From positions 1-64,000 of the IMG/VR virus record IMGVR_UViG_2832220722_000003: a stretch of 64,000 nucleotides of DNA. One strand, 5' to 3'. Position numbers and translations under genes: made by a program. Origin of the DNA: a virus. Its lineage: Duplodnaviria > Caudoviricetes. Position 1 is the first letter of the stretch; every line of letters starts with the position of its first letter. Shown here piece by piece: positions 47,779-56,296 of this stretch. The notes beneath the pieces are model-generated. The model saw only the letters and a list, made by a program, of their open reading frames with translations, was not told the origin of the DNA and did no database searches.

Positions 47779-48068
47779 AGTCGGCGTGGTTAAGCCTGCT
47801 GCTGGGCGCCCTGCTCCCCCTTTCTGCCGAGCCCAAAATCCCGCGCGACCGCAACGAGGTCCGCGCCTTCCGTGCCGAGCACCCCTGCCCGGCCACGGGA
47901 CGGATTCGAGGCGCTTGTCCTGGCTACCACGTTGACCATGTGATTCCCCTCTGCGCTGGCGGGCTGGACCGGCCGGTGAACATGCAGTGGATCACCCGGG
48001 AGGACCATCGCTGGAAGACGTTCGTGGACGTGCGCGAGTGCCGGAAATTGAAGAAGGAGCAGCCTTGA
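47775..48068 (+). CDS. HNH endonuclease-like protein with a signal peptide
   Basis: CPGYHVDHVIPLCAGGLDRPVNMQWITREDHRWKT; hydrophobic N-terminus. Confidence 0.75.
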   Translation: MKSAWLSLLLGALLPLSAEPKIPRDRNEVRAFRAEHPCPATGRIRGACPGYHVDHVIPLCAGGLDRPVNMQWITREDHRWKTFVDVRECRKLKKEQP

Positions 48069-48334
48069 TCCTGACCCTGAAAATCGACAAGATCGAGCCC
48101 GGCCGCTATCGCGCCGTCGTCCTTGATGGTCGTGAAGAGATGGACGAATGGGGCGCCTCCGGCATTGGTGATGCCATCCGTCAGTGCGGCCAAGCCCAGA
48201 TGCCGGACCTGTCGGGCTTCCACATCTGGTACGAGCACGTCTGCGCGGGCACCATCTCCATGAGCAACATGCGCATCGACCCCGAAGGCATCGCCCAGCG
48301 GCTGATGTCGTTGCATAGCTCCATCAAAGGCTGA
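48065..48334 (+). CDS. Hypothetical protein
   Basis: TTG start after GAAGGAG, overlapping the HNH stop. Confidence 0.55.
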   Translation: MILTLKIDKIEPGRYRAVVLDGREEMDEWGASGIGDAIRQCGQAQMPDLSGFHIWYEHVCAGTISMSNMRIDPEGIAQRLMSLHSSIKG

Positions 48335-48337
48335 CCA

Positions 48338-48541
48338 ATGACCAATGCCCCTCGCCTCCAATACACCAGCGTCAGAACCCGCATCATAGACGGAGTGCCG
48401 CTCATCGGCCTGAGGCACACAGCCAAGGGCGCCGCCGACATGCCGATCAAGACTGTCTGGATCGAAATGCCACCAGAGGACGTGGAACGGTTGATCAAGA
48501 CGCTGCAGGAGACGCTCGCCGAGTTGGGCGCAAGCGACTGA
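48338..48541 (+). CDS. Hypothetical protein
   Basis: 67-aa ORF 3 nt after the previous stop. Confidence 0.55.
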   Translation: MTNAPRLQYTSVRTRIIDGVPLIGLRHTAKGAADMPIKTVWIEMPPEDVERLIKTLQETLAELGASD

Positions 48542-48634
48542 CTGAAGGTCACCATCGAATTGAGAGTAGCGCTGCAAGGTGATAGCGAAATCCTAATAGC
48601 GGAACTATTAGGCCGTGCTACAGTCCAAATTGCT

Positions 48635-49129
48635 ATGCAATCCACACAAGGCCGCATCAACATCGCCCGCATGACGCCAGTAGGCGCTCAGGCGTTTGCC
48701 GCGCGCAACCTGGAACTGCTGGCCGCCATCGAGAACACCCTCGACGCATTGAGCGCTGACACAAATCTTCTGCACGCCATTCACGCCGGCTATCGGGAAA
48801 TTCACGAGAAGCTGGAAGGCACCGCCACCGCCATCGATGAGGGGGGGCGCATCCAGGGCATACTGGACAAGGCTGGTGCATCCTGCGCTCGCATCTACCA
48901 CGATGCATGCCAGCGTCATCAAAGCGCATGCCAAGACCCACAGTTGCGCCCTGACGACGGCGTGGCAGACGCCTACAGCGCCTTCATCGACGCGCTGCGC
49001 GAGTTGCACGACACCATCGAGTACCTGCGCGAATGGATCGCCACGCATGATGCCGTACTGCAACCCACCACAGGAACGGTGTACGCCAGCGCAGACGATC
49101 TGTTTGCCGCCCTGCTGCCCCGTCATTGA
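48635..49129 (+). CDS. Putative antitoxin
   Basis: C-terminal TVYASADDLFAALL resembles RelB/DinJ toxin-binding tails; 4-nt overlap with the toxin gene; start uncertain (48560 or 48635). Confidence 0.55.
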   Translation: MQSTQGRINIARMTPVGAQAFAARNLELLAAIENTLDALSADTNLLHAIHAGYREIHEKLEGTATAIDEGGRIQGILDKAGASCARIYHDACQRHQSACQDPQLRPDDGVADAYSAFIDALRELHDTIEYLREWIATHDAVLQPTTGTVYASADDLFAALLPRH

Positions 49130-49419
49130 GCCGCATCACCATCACCGGCCTAGCAAATTCCGATCGGTTCGCATCGGATTTGCGCAGCGCGCCAGCAGAA
49201 GTGCAACGAGCCGCCCTGGAGGCCATCAGGCTATTGCAGACCAACCCCGGAGCTAAATCGCTGCGCCTACACAACCTCAAGGGCATGCCCAAACCCACCA
49301 TCTGGAAGATCGACGTGTACGCCAACCATGCCTGGCAGATCACCTTTGAGATGAACGGCCAAGTGGCAGAACTAAAGCGACTAGGCACGCACAAGACCAT
49401 TGACCGCGATCCGCGCTGA
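49126..49419 (+). CDS. RelE/YafQ-superfamily toxin
   Basis: SDRFASDL...SLRLHNLKG...WQITF...LKRLGTH. Confidence 0.72.
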   Translation: MSRITITGLANSDRFASDLRSAPAEVQRAALEAIRLLQTNPGAKSLRLHNLKGMPKPTIWKIDVYANHAWQITFEMNGQVAELKRLGTHKTIDRDPR

Positions 49420-49438
49420 ATAGCCTACTCGCCTACAC

Positions 49439-49466
49439 AAAGCCGCCCACCGAGGCGGCTTTTTTT
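49439..49466 (+). terminator. Intrinsic terminator ending the cI-moron transcript
   Basis: AAAGCCGCC-CACCGA-GGCGGCTTTTTTT. Confidence 0.8.
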
Positions 49467-49504
49467 CGTCTGTTGGATGGTGGGCATGGGGGGTGTAGCA
49501 AAAA

Positions 49505-49549
49505 AAACAAGCGCCGCTGATTGACATGTAAACAAGCGCCGCTGATAAT
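49505..49549 (+). promoter_or_regulatory. OL/PL early promoter
   Basis: TTGACA(49521-49526)-17 nt-GATAAT(49544-49549); operators AAACAAGCGCCGCTGA at 49505-49520 and 49530-49545, the reverse complement of the OR sites. Confidence 0.88.
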
Positions 49550-50364
49550 TCCTCATCGACACAACGAACCCCAGCAGACGGATGTGGAAGCTGGAGCGAA
49601 GGCAAGGCAATGCCGGTTCGGTCGGGTGAATCCTGCGCTGCAGGCTCTCCCTGGCACCACGTCGGTGGGCACCACGGCATCGACCAGGCTGCTCTAGTTC
49701 TCGCAGCTTGGCAGGCTGGGTAAACAAAGCACCTCCGCGGTCGGCAGCGGGTTAAAAGAGGCCGCCCCCGCTCTACCACTCGCACGCCGCCCGGATGGGA
49801 TCACGGTGTAAATGCAGCGATCTGGGAAAGGCCGGTCGAAGTCCACACCCTGGGGCCGAATACGGGGTTGAGGCGCGGCGCCAAGAACAGAAAGCCGATG
49901 GGTGAAGACGACCCACCACAACGGTCATGCCGGTTGGAATCCCGGCGCAGTCCTCGCAAGAGGGCCATCACGCATGCCGGTTGACCTGTCTGCAGCAGGG
50001 ATCAATGGCCGCATTCGGGAAACAGCGTGGGCAGGCCCCACTGCGATCCTGAGTCCCAGCCCGAGATTGCAGCCGGCAGTCGTGATGGTTGCGCATGACT
50101 GGAAGCCCTCGGCGCTACGGCGCTCAGGCGGCAGACAGACCTGTGACGGCGCGGCGCGGCCTTACGGCCAAGCGGCCTATGGAATGCAGCCCGAAAAATG
50201 CGGAAGGTAGCCCGCAACCATCAACCATTTCCCAACCGCGCCGAGCAGCGCAACTACCGCCCTCCCCCTCTCTTTTGCTCGGCATGCCCAAGCGGCAAGC
50301 GGCTTTCTTTTTTCCACGGCCCTCCACGCGAGGGCTTTTTCTTTTCCACCACCAGGAGCACACA

Positions 50365-50937
50365 GTGCACATCACCCTCAACAACCCGACCTTCAATTTC
50401 CAGGCGCCACCCGCCGACTTCTTCGCCGTACTGCTGCGCGGCAAAGAACCTGACACCACGGCGCCAGCAGTAACAAAGGCCGTCTCTGGACGCCCGCAGA
50501 TCGGCGAATACTGGGCCGGCCAAGGCGGCATCTACGCGGGCGACTTCCGCGCCGGTGACGGTTTGACCTACGGCCTGATTGCCGCGCCCGATCAGGACAT
50601 CGGCCGCGCCACATGGGGCCCCAACGGCAAGCGCGATCTGTCTGGCTGGGATGGGCTGGAGAACACCCGCAGCCTCATCAAAGAGAGCCCCGCAGCCAAG
50701 CTGGCCGCCGGCTACACCCGCGACGGGCACAGCGATTTCTACCTACCCGCCCACCGCGAGCTGCTGCTGGGCGCGGCCAACCTGTACGAGACATTCGGCA
50801 CGGAGTCCTGGTATTGGACGAGCACGCCATACGCCAACGACTACGCAAAGGCCTTCGACTTCGAGACCGGGCACTGCCTCTACTACAGCCGCGACCACGA
50901 GTTCCGCGTCCGGCCCTTCCGCAGATTCATTTATTGA
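50365..50937 (+). CDS. DGR target protein 1 (DUF1566/CLec-like)
   Basis: GTG start after AGGAG; GQGGIYAG, DGHSDFYLPAHREL, WYWTST; C-terminal VR. Confidence 0.9.
   Translation: MHITLNNPTFNFQAPPADFFAVLLRGKEPDTTAPAVTKAVSGRPQIGEYWAGQGGIYAGDFRAGDGLTYGLIAAPDQDIGRATWGPNGKRDLSGWDGLENTRSLIKESPAAKLAAGYTRDGHSDFYLPAHRELLLGAANLYETFGTESWYWTSTPYANDYAKAFDFETGHCLYYSRDHEFRVRPFRRFIY
50850..50923 (+). repeat. DGR variable repeat VR1
   Basis: Identical to TR except 9 substitutions, all at TR adenines (AAC to ACC, CAC, CTC, TAC, TAC, AGC, GAC, CAC). Confidence 0.95.
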
Positions 50938-50979
50938 GCCCTTCACCCATTCCTCTCATCACCACAGCAGGAGCATCCA

Positions 50980-51399
50980 GTGACCACCGAAGCCAAAACG
51001 CGCATCCCCGCCCTCAACACGCCCTGGCCCGAGCAGGGCGGCATTTACATCGGCTCGCGCCTCGTCAACGGCGCTGTCCACCATGTCGTGATCGCTGACG
51101 GCGGCACGGCCCGCGACCTCACGGGTCAGAACTTCAAGGCCGCGCAGAACGTTCAGTTCGGCGAGATTGACGGGCACAGCGACTGGCACGCAGGCGACCA
51201 GGAAGACCACATGCTGGCCTACATCAACGGCCGCGAGCACTTCAAGCAGGAAGACGACAGCATCTACTGGACGCGCGGCGAGCACCACGGCTGGCCCTGG
51301 GCCTTCGACTTCGAGGACGGGCACTGCAACGGCAACTACCGCTACTACGAGTTCCGCGTCCGGCCCTTCCGCAGTTTTCCCGATTCATCCATTCAGTAA
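50980..51399 (+). CDS. DGR target protein 2 (DUF1566/CLec-like)
   Basis: WPEQGGIYIG, DGHSDW, IYWT; C-terminal VR. Confidence 0.9.
   Translation: MTTEAKTRIPALNTPWPEQGGIYIGSRLVNGAVHHVVIADGGTARDLTGQNFKAAQNVQFGEIDGHSDWHAGDQEDHMLAYINGREHFKQEDDSIYWTRGEHHGWPWAFDFEDGHCNGNYRYYEFRVRPFRSFPDSSIQ
51300..51373 (+). repeat. DGR variable repeat VR2
   Basis: Identical to TR except 7 substitutions, all at TR adenines (GAC, CAC, GGC, TAC, TAC, TAC). Confidence 0.95.
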
Positions 51400-51402
51400 T
51401 TC

Positions 51403-51417
51403 GCGGGCGTAGCCCGC
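51403..51417 (+). promoter_or_regulatory. DGR target-recognition DNA hairpin downstream of VR2
   Basis: GCGGGC-GTA-GCCCGC stem with a GNA triloop about 30 nt after VR2. Confidence 0.6.
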
Positions 51418-51424
51418 TCACGGC

Positions 51425-51886
51425 ATGGCGCTCCACACCGACACCGAGATTTACAAGGCCACCTACGACCTGACCAAGTTGGTCACCGCGCTGGTATCCA
51501 ACATGCCACGCAACTACAGGTCTGACTTCGGCGCGGATCTGCGCCGCGATTGCATGACGCTGGTGAAACGCACCTATCAGGCGAACACCAGGGAGGACAA
51601 GGTTCCCGTCCTGCAGCGGATGCGCGAGGAAGTCGAAGAAGTGAACCTGGCACTGCGGCTGGCCGTAGACCTTGAGTTGATTTCGAACAAGCAGTATGGA
51701 CGCGCCATTGTCCTGACCGCGAGCGTCGGGAAGCAAGCCACAGGGTGGCAGAAACATTCGGAGAGTGCGCTTGTCGCCGAGTCGTCAAGGCGGCCCGGCC
51801 AACGCGCCATGGAATCTGGTCGAGCCGCTGGGGCACAACCCCACCGCAAGGCGCAGCAGGAATATCGACGGCAGCAGCCGCAGTGA
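51425..51886 (+). CDS. avd: Accessory variability determinant (Avd-like four-helix bundle)
   Basis: IYKATYDL...MPRNYRSDFG...LRLAVDLELISNKQY...SVGKQATGW; directly upstream of TR. Confidence 0.88.
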   Translation: MALHTDTEIYKATYDLTKLVTALVSNMPRNYRSDFGADLRRDCMTLVKRTYQANTREDKVPVLQRMREEVEEVNLALRLAVDLELISNKQYGRAIVLTASVGKQATGWQKHSESALVAESSRRPGQRAMESGRAAGAQPHRKAQQEYRRQQPQ

Positions 51887-51941
51887 TTCCGCGCAGTTTG
51901 TCCGCTGAAGCTTCGGCGGGCTGACGTGATCGCTCGACATT

Positions 51942-52015
51942 GGCCTTCGACTTCGAGAACGGGAACTGCAACAACAACAACCGCAACAACGAGTTCCGCG
52001 TCCGGCCCTTCCGCA
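51942..52015 (+). ncRNA. DGR template repeat (TR)
   Basis: G GCC TTC GAC TTC GAG AAC GGG AAC TGC AAC AAC AAC AAC CGC AAC AAC GAG TTC CGC GTC CGG CCC TTC CGC A; eight AAC codons; between avd and RT. Confidence 0.95.
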
Positions 52016-52034
52016 TATCCCACCGAGAGTTTCT

Positions 52035-53135
52035 ATGGATGCTGGTTATTCGCTCGAAAAGCTGGTGCAGGCTTACTTCGACTGCAGAAGGCACAAACGC
52101 ACCACGGCGAGCGCGCTGCGCTTTGAGCAGCGCCTGGAGTACAACCTAATGGAGTTGCATGAGGCCATGGAGGACGGTAGCTACCGCCCAGGGCCTTCTA
52201 TCTGCTTCGCTATCAGCAGGCCCAGGCCACGCGAGGTGTGGGCCGCGAGCTTCCCGGATCGCATCGTGCACCATATGGTCTACAACCAGATCGCCGAGCG
52301 CTTTCATCGTCGGTTCATCGCCGACTCGTGCGCGTGTATTCCCGGCAGGGGCACGCTGTACGGCGCCACGCGGTTGGAAGCCAAGGTGCGCAGCCTGACA
52401 CAGAACTGGAGCAGGCCGGCCTTCTACTTGAAGATCGACCTCGCGAATTTCTTTGTCTCCATCGACAAGCGGGTGCTCTGGCCCCTGCTGGTCGATCAAA
52501 TTCACGAACGCTGGTGGCGCGGTCTCACCAAGATCGTGCTGTTCCACGATCCGCGCGAGGACTATGAGCTGCGCGGCAGCGCGGAGACTCTGGCGAAGGT
52601 GCCGGAGCACAAGCGCCTGACGAACGCCGACCGCTACCACGGACTGCCCATCGGCAACCTGTCGTCTCAGTTTTTCGCAAACGTGCTCTTGAACGAATTG
52701 GATCAGCACATCAAGCACTACATCCGTGCGCGTCACTACACGCGCTACGTCGATGACATGGTGCTGCTGCACGAGTCGCCCGACTGGCTCAACGCCGCGC
52801 TGGCCGACATCAATGCATTCCTACCCAGCCTTGGCCTGGCGCTGAACCCGCGCAAGACGGTGCTGCAGCCGATCCATCGAGGCATCGACTACGTGGGACA
52901 GGTCATCCTGCCGTGGCGGCGCGTGACCCGGCGCCGCACGCTGCGCCAGGCCCTGGACCGGCTGGAGGACATGTCCGACGAGGACGTGTACACGAGCGGG
53001 AACAGCTACCTCGGTTTGGTGCGGCAGGCCAGCCATAGCCACCACGAGCAGGCCCTGATCTGCCGCGCGCTCCTCAAGCGAGGGCATGCCGTTGACGGCC
53101 TGCACCTTGAAAAGGCGTTTCGCAAACGCTGCTGA
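52035..53135 (+). CDS. DGR reverse transcriptase
   Basis: FPDRIVHH, LKIDLANFF, DGR-type GLPIGNLSSQFFAN, RYVDD, GIDYVG; intact 366-aa frame. Confidence 0.96.
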   Translation: MDAGYSLEKLVQAYFDCRRHKRTTASALRFEQRLEYNLMELHEAMEDGSYRPGPSICFAISRPRPREVWAASFPDRIVHHMVYNQIAERFHRRFIADSCACIPGRGTLYGATRLEAKVRSLTQNWSRPAFYLKIDLANFFVSIDKRVLWPLLVDQIHERWWRGLTKIVLFHDPREDYELRGSAETLAKVPEHKRLTNADRYHGLPIGNLSSQFFANVLLNELDQHIKHYIRARHYTRYVDDMVLLHESPDWLNAALADINAFLPSLGLALNPRKTVLQPIHRGIDYVGQVILPWRRVTRRRTLRQALDRLEDMSDEDVYTSGNSYLGLVRQASHSHHEQALICRALLKRGHAVDGLHLEKAFRKRC

Positions 53136-53160
53136 TAGCAGACCGACCGACCACCCACCC

Positions 53161-53183
53161 AAGCCCGCAGCAGCGGGCTTTTT
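53161..53183 (+). terminator. Intrinsic terminator after RT
   Basis: AAGCCCGC-AGCA-GCGGGCTTTTT. Confidence 0.75.
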
Positions 53184-53200
53184 CACGCATGGAGATTCAT

Positions 53201-53455
53201 ATGGATTTCGCGCACCCGGCCATGCAGGCCATGTCACGACGTGCCCACACCTGCGCCACAGCCCAACAGGCACGCATAAAGGGGGAGACCGCTGACCGCG
53301 AAGACGCGGAGTTACTGCGCTGGCTGCTGGACCAGGGTGTGGACTTCATCGGCCTGCGCGACGGCGGCGGTATCGACTGCGCGAACCATCCCGGTGGCGC
53401 TCACGCTGCGCTGATCGATGCACGCAGGGACCAGCAACAAGGAGAACACCCATGA
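53201..53455 (+). CDS. Hypothetical phage protein
   Basis: SD GGAG; DAELLRWL motif. Confidence 0.55.
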   Translation: MDFAHPAMQAMSRRAHTCATAQQARIKGETADREDAELLRWLLDQGVDFIGLRDGGGIDCANHPGGAHAALIDARRDQQQGEHP

Positions 53456-53682
53456 AAGAAGCCGCGTGGATCATCGCAGCCGTGCTCACGCTGGGCATAG
53501 GCGCCATCGCTGGCCATGAAGCAGAGGCCGACAAGCAAGACGCCGAAGCCATGGCAAGCCGCGAGTGGGCCGGCCGACAGGCCTGCGCCCCGGATGCCAC
53601 ACCAGAGTGGCTGGACGACAAGACGCACAGATGCTTGCGGAATCTGGATGACGCATTGAGCGTCGCGGGAGGCCGGCCGTGA
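53452..53682 (+). CDS. Small membrane-anchored hypothetical protein
   Basis: SD AAGGAG; N-terminal TM segment. Confidence 0.55.
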   Translation: MKEAAWIIAAVLTLGIGAIAGHEAEADKQDAEAMASREWAGRQACAPDATPEWLDDKTHRCLRNLDDALSVAGGRP

Positions 53683-53959
53683 ACCACCTGCGCGAATTCA
53701 TCCGGCTCTACCGCATCTACAGACGGATCAACAACCCCTTCAACGCCGCGCGCTATGCGTGGATCGTCGCTTGCGGGTAACGCATAGCGCGACACCAAAC
53801 ACGTGGCCGGAAAGCACGTGTGCGCCTGCGGCGCCTGGAAACTGGGAGAGCCGCAGCACCAGGCTGAGCACCTGCCAGCCGAGGATTCCGAGGGCTGCGG
53901 GCTCTAACCCCATCGCGCTCACACCCGCCCGCTCCCGCGGGCTTTTTTTTGGAGGCCGT

Positions 53960-54373
53960 ATGGCTCAAAAACTCATCAACCCCACCAAGAAGGTGGACCG
54001 AAAGTCGTTCGCCGACTTTCTCGCGGCCCAGCCCGACCTTGCTGACGAGCTGGCGGATGCGCTGAGCGACATGGTGCACGCCAGCACCGAAACCGGCAAG
54101 GTCAGCGAATTGACCTTGAAGGTGAAGCTCAAGCCCCTGGGCGGCACGTCCGGTCAGGTGGAGCTGGACACGGACGTGAAGGCCAAGCTGCCCCAGCCGG
54201 CGCGGGGCAAGACGCTCATGTTCGCCACGCCCAGCAACAACCTGCAGCGCGAGAACCCCAAGCAGCAGACGCTGGATGGCCTGCGCACGGCCGACCAGGA
54301 AGCCAGCGCGCAGACGGAACTGCGCCAGGCACCAAAGGATTCCAACGTCGAGCCCCTGCGCGCCGTCCACTGA
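53960..54373 (+). CDS. YfdP-like phage protein
   Basis: TGKVSELTLKVKLKP...MFATPSNNLQRENPKQ; usual partner of DUF2303; SD GGAGG. Confidence 0.7.
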   Translation: MAQKLINPTKKVDRKSFADFLAAQPDLADELADALSDMVHASTETGKVSELTLKVKLKPLGGTSGQVELDTDVKAKLPQPARGKTLMFATPSNNLQRENPKQQTLDGLRTADQEASAQTELRQAPKDSNVEPLRAVH

Positions 54374-54429
54374 TCCGGCCCCGACCGGCTCCCTTTCTTC
54401 CCTAACCGCCCATCAACAAGGAGTACCCA

Positions 54430-55272
54430 ATGGACCTTGCCAACATTCAATCCGAAGTCATCGCCAATGACGCCCTCGCGGCCTGCAATCAGGCTACCCG
54501 CCTAGTCGGCGCCACGCCCGTGGTGCTGCTGCCCGAGGGCTTTGAAGCGGAGAACCTGGAGAAGCTGCTGCCGTCCCCCACGCGCAAGCGCGGCACCACC
54601 GTCCTGAACGATGCCGAGTCGTTCATCGCCGTGGTGAACGATCAGCAGGACGGCAGCAGCACGCGCCTGTTCTCCACCATCGACCCGCCCACCTTCACGG
54701 CCGTGTTCAACCACCACGGCAGTGAGCCCGGCTGGGGCGACCACCGCGCGAAGTACAACGCGCCGCTGTCGCCTGAGTGGAAGGCTTGGACCGGCGCCAA
54801 TGGCGTCAAGCGCAACCAGGTGGACATGGCCCAGTTCCTGGAGGCCAACATGGTGGATGTGGCGTACATCGCGCCCAACGGCCCCGGCGAACCCGGCAGC
54901 CCGGACGGCGCGACGCTGCTGGAAATCTGCCGCACGCTCGAAGCCACCAAGAAGGTCAACTTCAAGAGCACCGTGCGCCTGCCCGATGGCTCTACCCAGT
55001 TCACCTACGACGAGGACGTGGCCGGCAGCGCCGTCAAGGGAACGATGGCCATTCCCGAGCAGTTCTCTATCGGCGTGCCGGTTTTCGAGAACGGCGAGAA
55101 GTACCGCCAGGACGTGCGTTTCCGCTATCGCATCCAGGAAGGCGGCAACCTGGTGATGTGGCTGGAGTTGATTCGCCCGCACAAGGTCATCGAGGACGCC
55201 GTGAAGCAGTTGCGCGCGCTGATCGGTGAGCAGACCGGCCTGCTCGTGCTCAACGGCGCACCGTCCGTCTAA
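54430..55272 (+). CDS. DUF2303 (YfdQ) family protein
   Basis: AVFNHH...GWGDHRA...SPEWKAW; IPEQFSIGVPVFENG; RFRYRI. Confidence 0.85.
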   Translation: MDLANIQSEVIANDALAACNQATRLVGATPVVLLPEGFEAENLEKLLPSPTRKRGTTVLNDAESFIAVVNDQQDGSSTRLFSTIDPPTFTAVFNHHGSEPGWGDHRAKYNAPLSPEWKAWTGANGVKRNQVDMAQFLEANMVDVAYIAPNGPGEPGSPDGATLLEICRTLEATKKVNFKSTVRLPDGSTQFTYDEDVAGSAVKGTMAIPEQFSIGVPVFENGEKYRQDVRFRYRIQEGGNLVMWLELIRPHKVIEDAVKQLRALIGEQTGLLVLNGAPSV

Positions 55273-55381
55273 GCAGCCCTCGCGCTGCTCCCATCAAGCC
55301 CGGCCCAGTGCCGGGCTTTTTCATGGGCTATGAGCACAGGGCGCCCCGTGCCTTGTGCTGATACCCCCTGAAAGGAGTTCC

Positions 55382-56023
55382 ATGGACCGAAGGCAGAAAG
55401 ACATCACCACCATGGCCGAGCACGCCGATCTGGCCGTGGTGAGCTGCGAGAAAAAGAACAGCCGCCAGTACGCCACGCTGCTGGCCGAGAACGGCGTCAA
55501 GCGCACGTTCTCCATCAGCATGGGCAGCCGCAGCGATCCGCGCGGCGACCTGAATGAGTTGGGCGCCATGAAGCGCTTTTCCCGCGAGAACCGCATTCCG
55601 GCCGCGCCCCAGGCGCAGCCCCTTCCATCCGCCCCTGAAACCACGCCACAACCCATGACCATGACCGCCGCAGCCACCAAGAAGACCATGACCATACCCG
55701 CCACCAAGAAGGCCGCAGTGCAGTCCCTTTCCCACGTCGATTTCTACCGAGTGTGCGAGTGGGTCAAGGCTCAGAACCTAGCCACCGTGCCCAACCTGGA
55801 AGCCCTGGCCATGCTGGCTGGCCAGTGGCTGCAGTCCGCCGTGCCCGAAGAAGAAATGAAGCTGGTGATGGACACCATCGGTGTGCGGGAGCCACCGCAC
55901 TGGGCCGAGCCTACCAACCCCCAGGCCATCCTGGCGCGCGAGCTGCTGACGGTCATGAAGAAGCTGGGCGAGGAACCGAGCACTGCGTTCAAGCGCCTGG
56001 CCGACTCGCTGCTGCCCGCCTGA
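55382..56023 (+). CDS. Hypothetical phage protein
   Basis: SD AAAGGAG before the ATG at 55382. Confidence 0.65.
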   Translation: MDRRQKDITTMAEHADLAVVSCEKKNSRQYATLLAENGVKRTFSISMGSRSDPRGDLNELGAMKRFSRENRIPAAPQAQPLPSAPETTPQPMTMTAAATKKTMTIPATKKAAVQSLSHVDFYRVCEWVKAQNLATVPNLEALAMLAGQWLQSAVPEEEMKLVMDTIGVREPPHWAEPTNPQAILARELLTVMKKLGEEPSTAFKRLADSLLPA

Positions 56024-56083
56024 GCCCCACCGATCCACTACCAAGGCCCGCCGCGCGCGGGCCTTTTGCATTCAGAGGCCGCC

Positions 56084-56269
56084 ATGCGCCAAACCAAAGA
56101 AGTCCAACCCTACAAGCCGCCCAGCCACTGCTACCAGGGCGACGAGTTGAAGCCGAACCCGGGCATGCCCGCCGAGCGCCTGTACGCCTTCACCCTGCCC
56201 AGCCGCAATGGGAAGTGGCTGCATTACCCGGACGGGCGCTGCGAGCTATTTCCCCTCGCCAATCAATGA
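56084..56269 (+). CDS. Small hypothetical phage protein
   Basis: SD GAGG; YQGDELKP...AFTLPSR motif. Confidence 0.5.
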   Translation: MRQTKEVQPYKPPSHCYQGDELKPNPGMPAERLYAFTLPSRNGKWLHYPDGRCELFPLANQ

Positions 56270-56296
56270 GTGTTCGCTAGCTTTTAAGGAGCAATC

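Larger units (their letters stand above)
50365..53135 (+). mobile_element. Diversity-generating retroelement (target1-target2-avd-TR-RT)
   Basis: All components present; VR/TR mismatches occur only at TR adenines. Confidence 0.96.

Noticed and set aside
49923-49955. tRNA-like T-arm (GCCGGTTGGAATCCCGGC)
   Set aside because: I could not build an acceptor stem, D-arm and anticodon arm; kept only as part of the structured-leader hypothesis
51940-52149. Asn-rich ORF MAFDFENGNCNNNNRNNEF
   Set aside because: This is the DGR template repeat read in frame; it functions as RNA
52035-53135. RT as a group II intron, retron or Abi RT
   Set aside because: GNxxSQ motif, no maturase extension, and a clear avd, TR and VRs identify it as a DGR RT
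55651-55710. Short tandem ACCATGACCAT...GCCACCAAGAAG duplication
   Set aside because: Two imperfect copies in a low-complexity linker; no evidence of function
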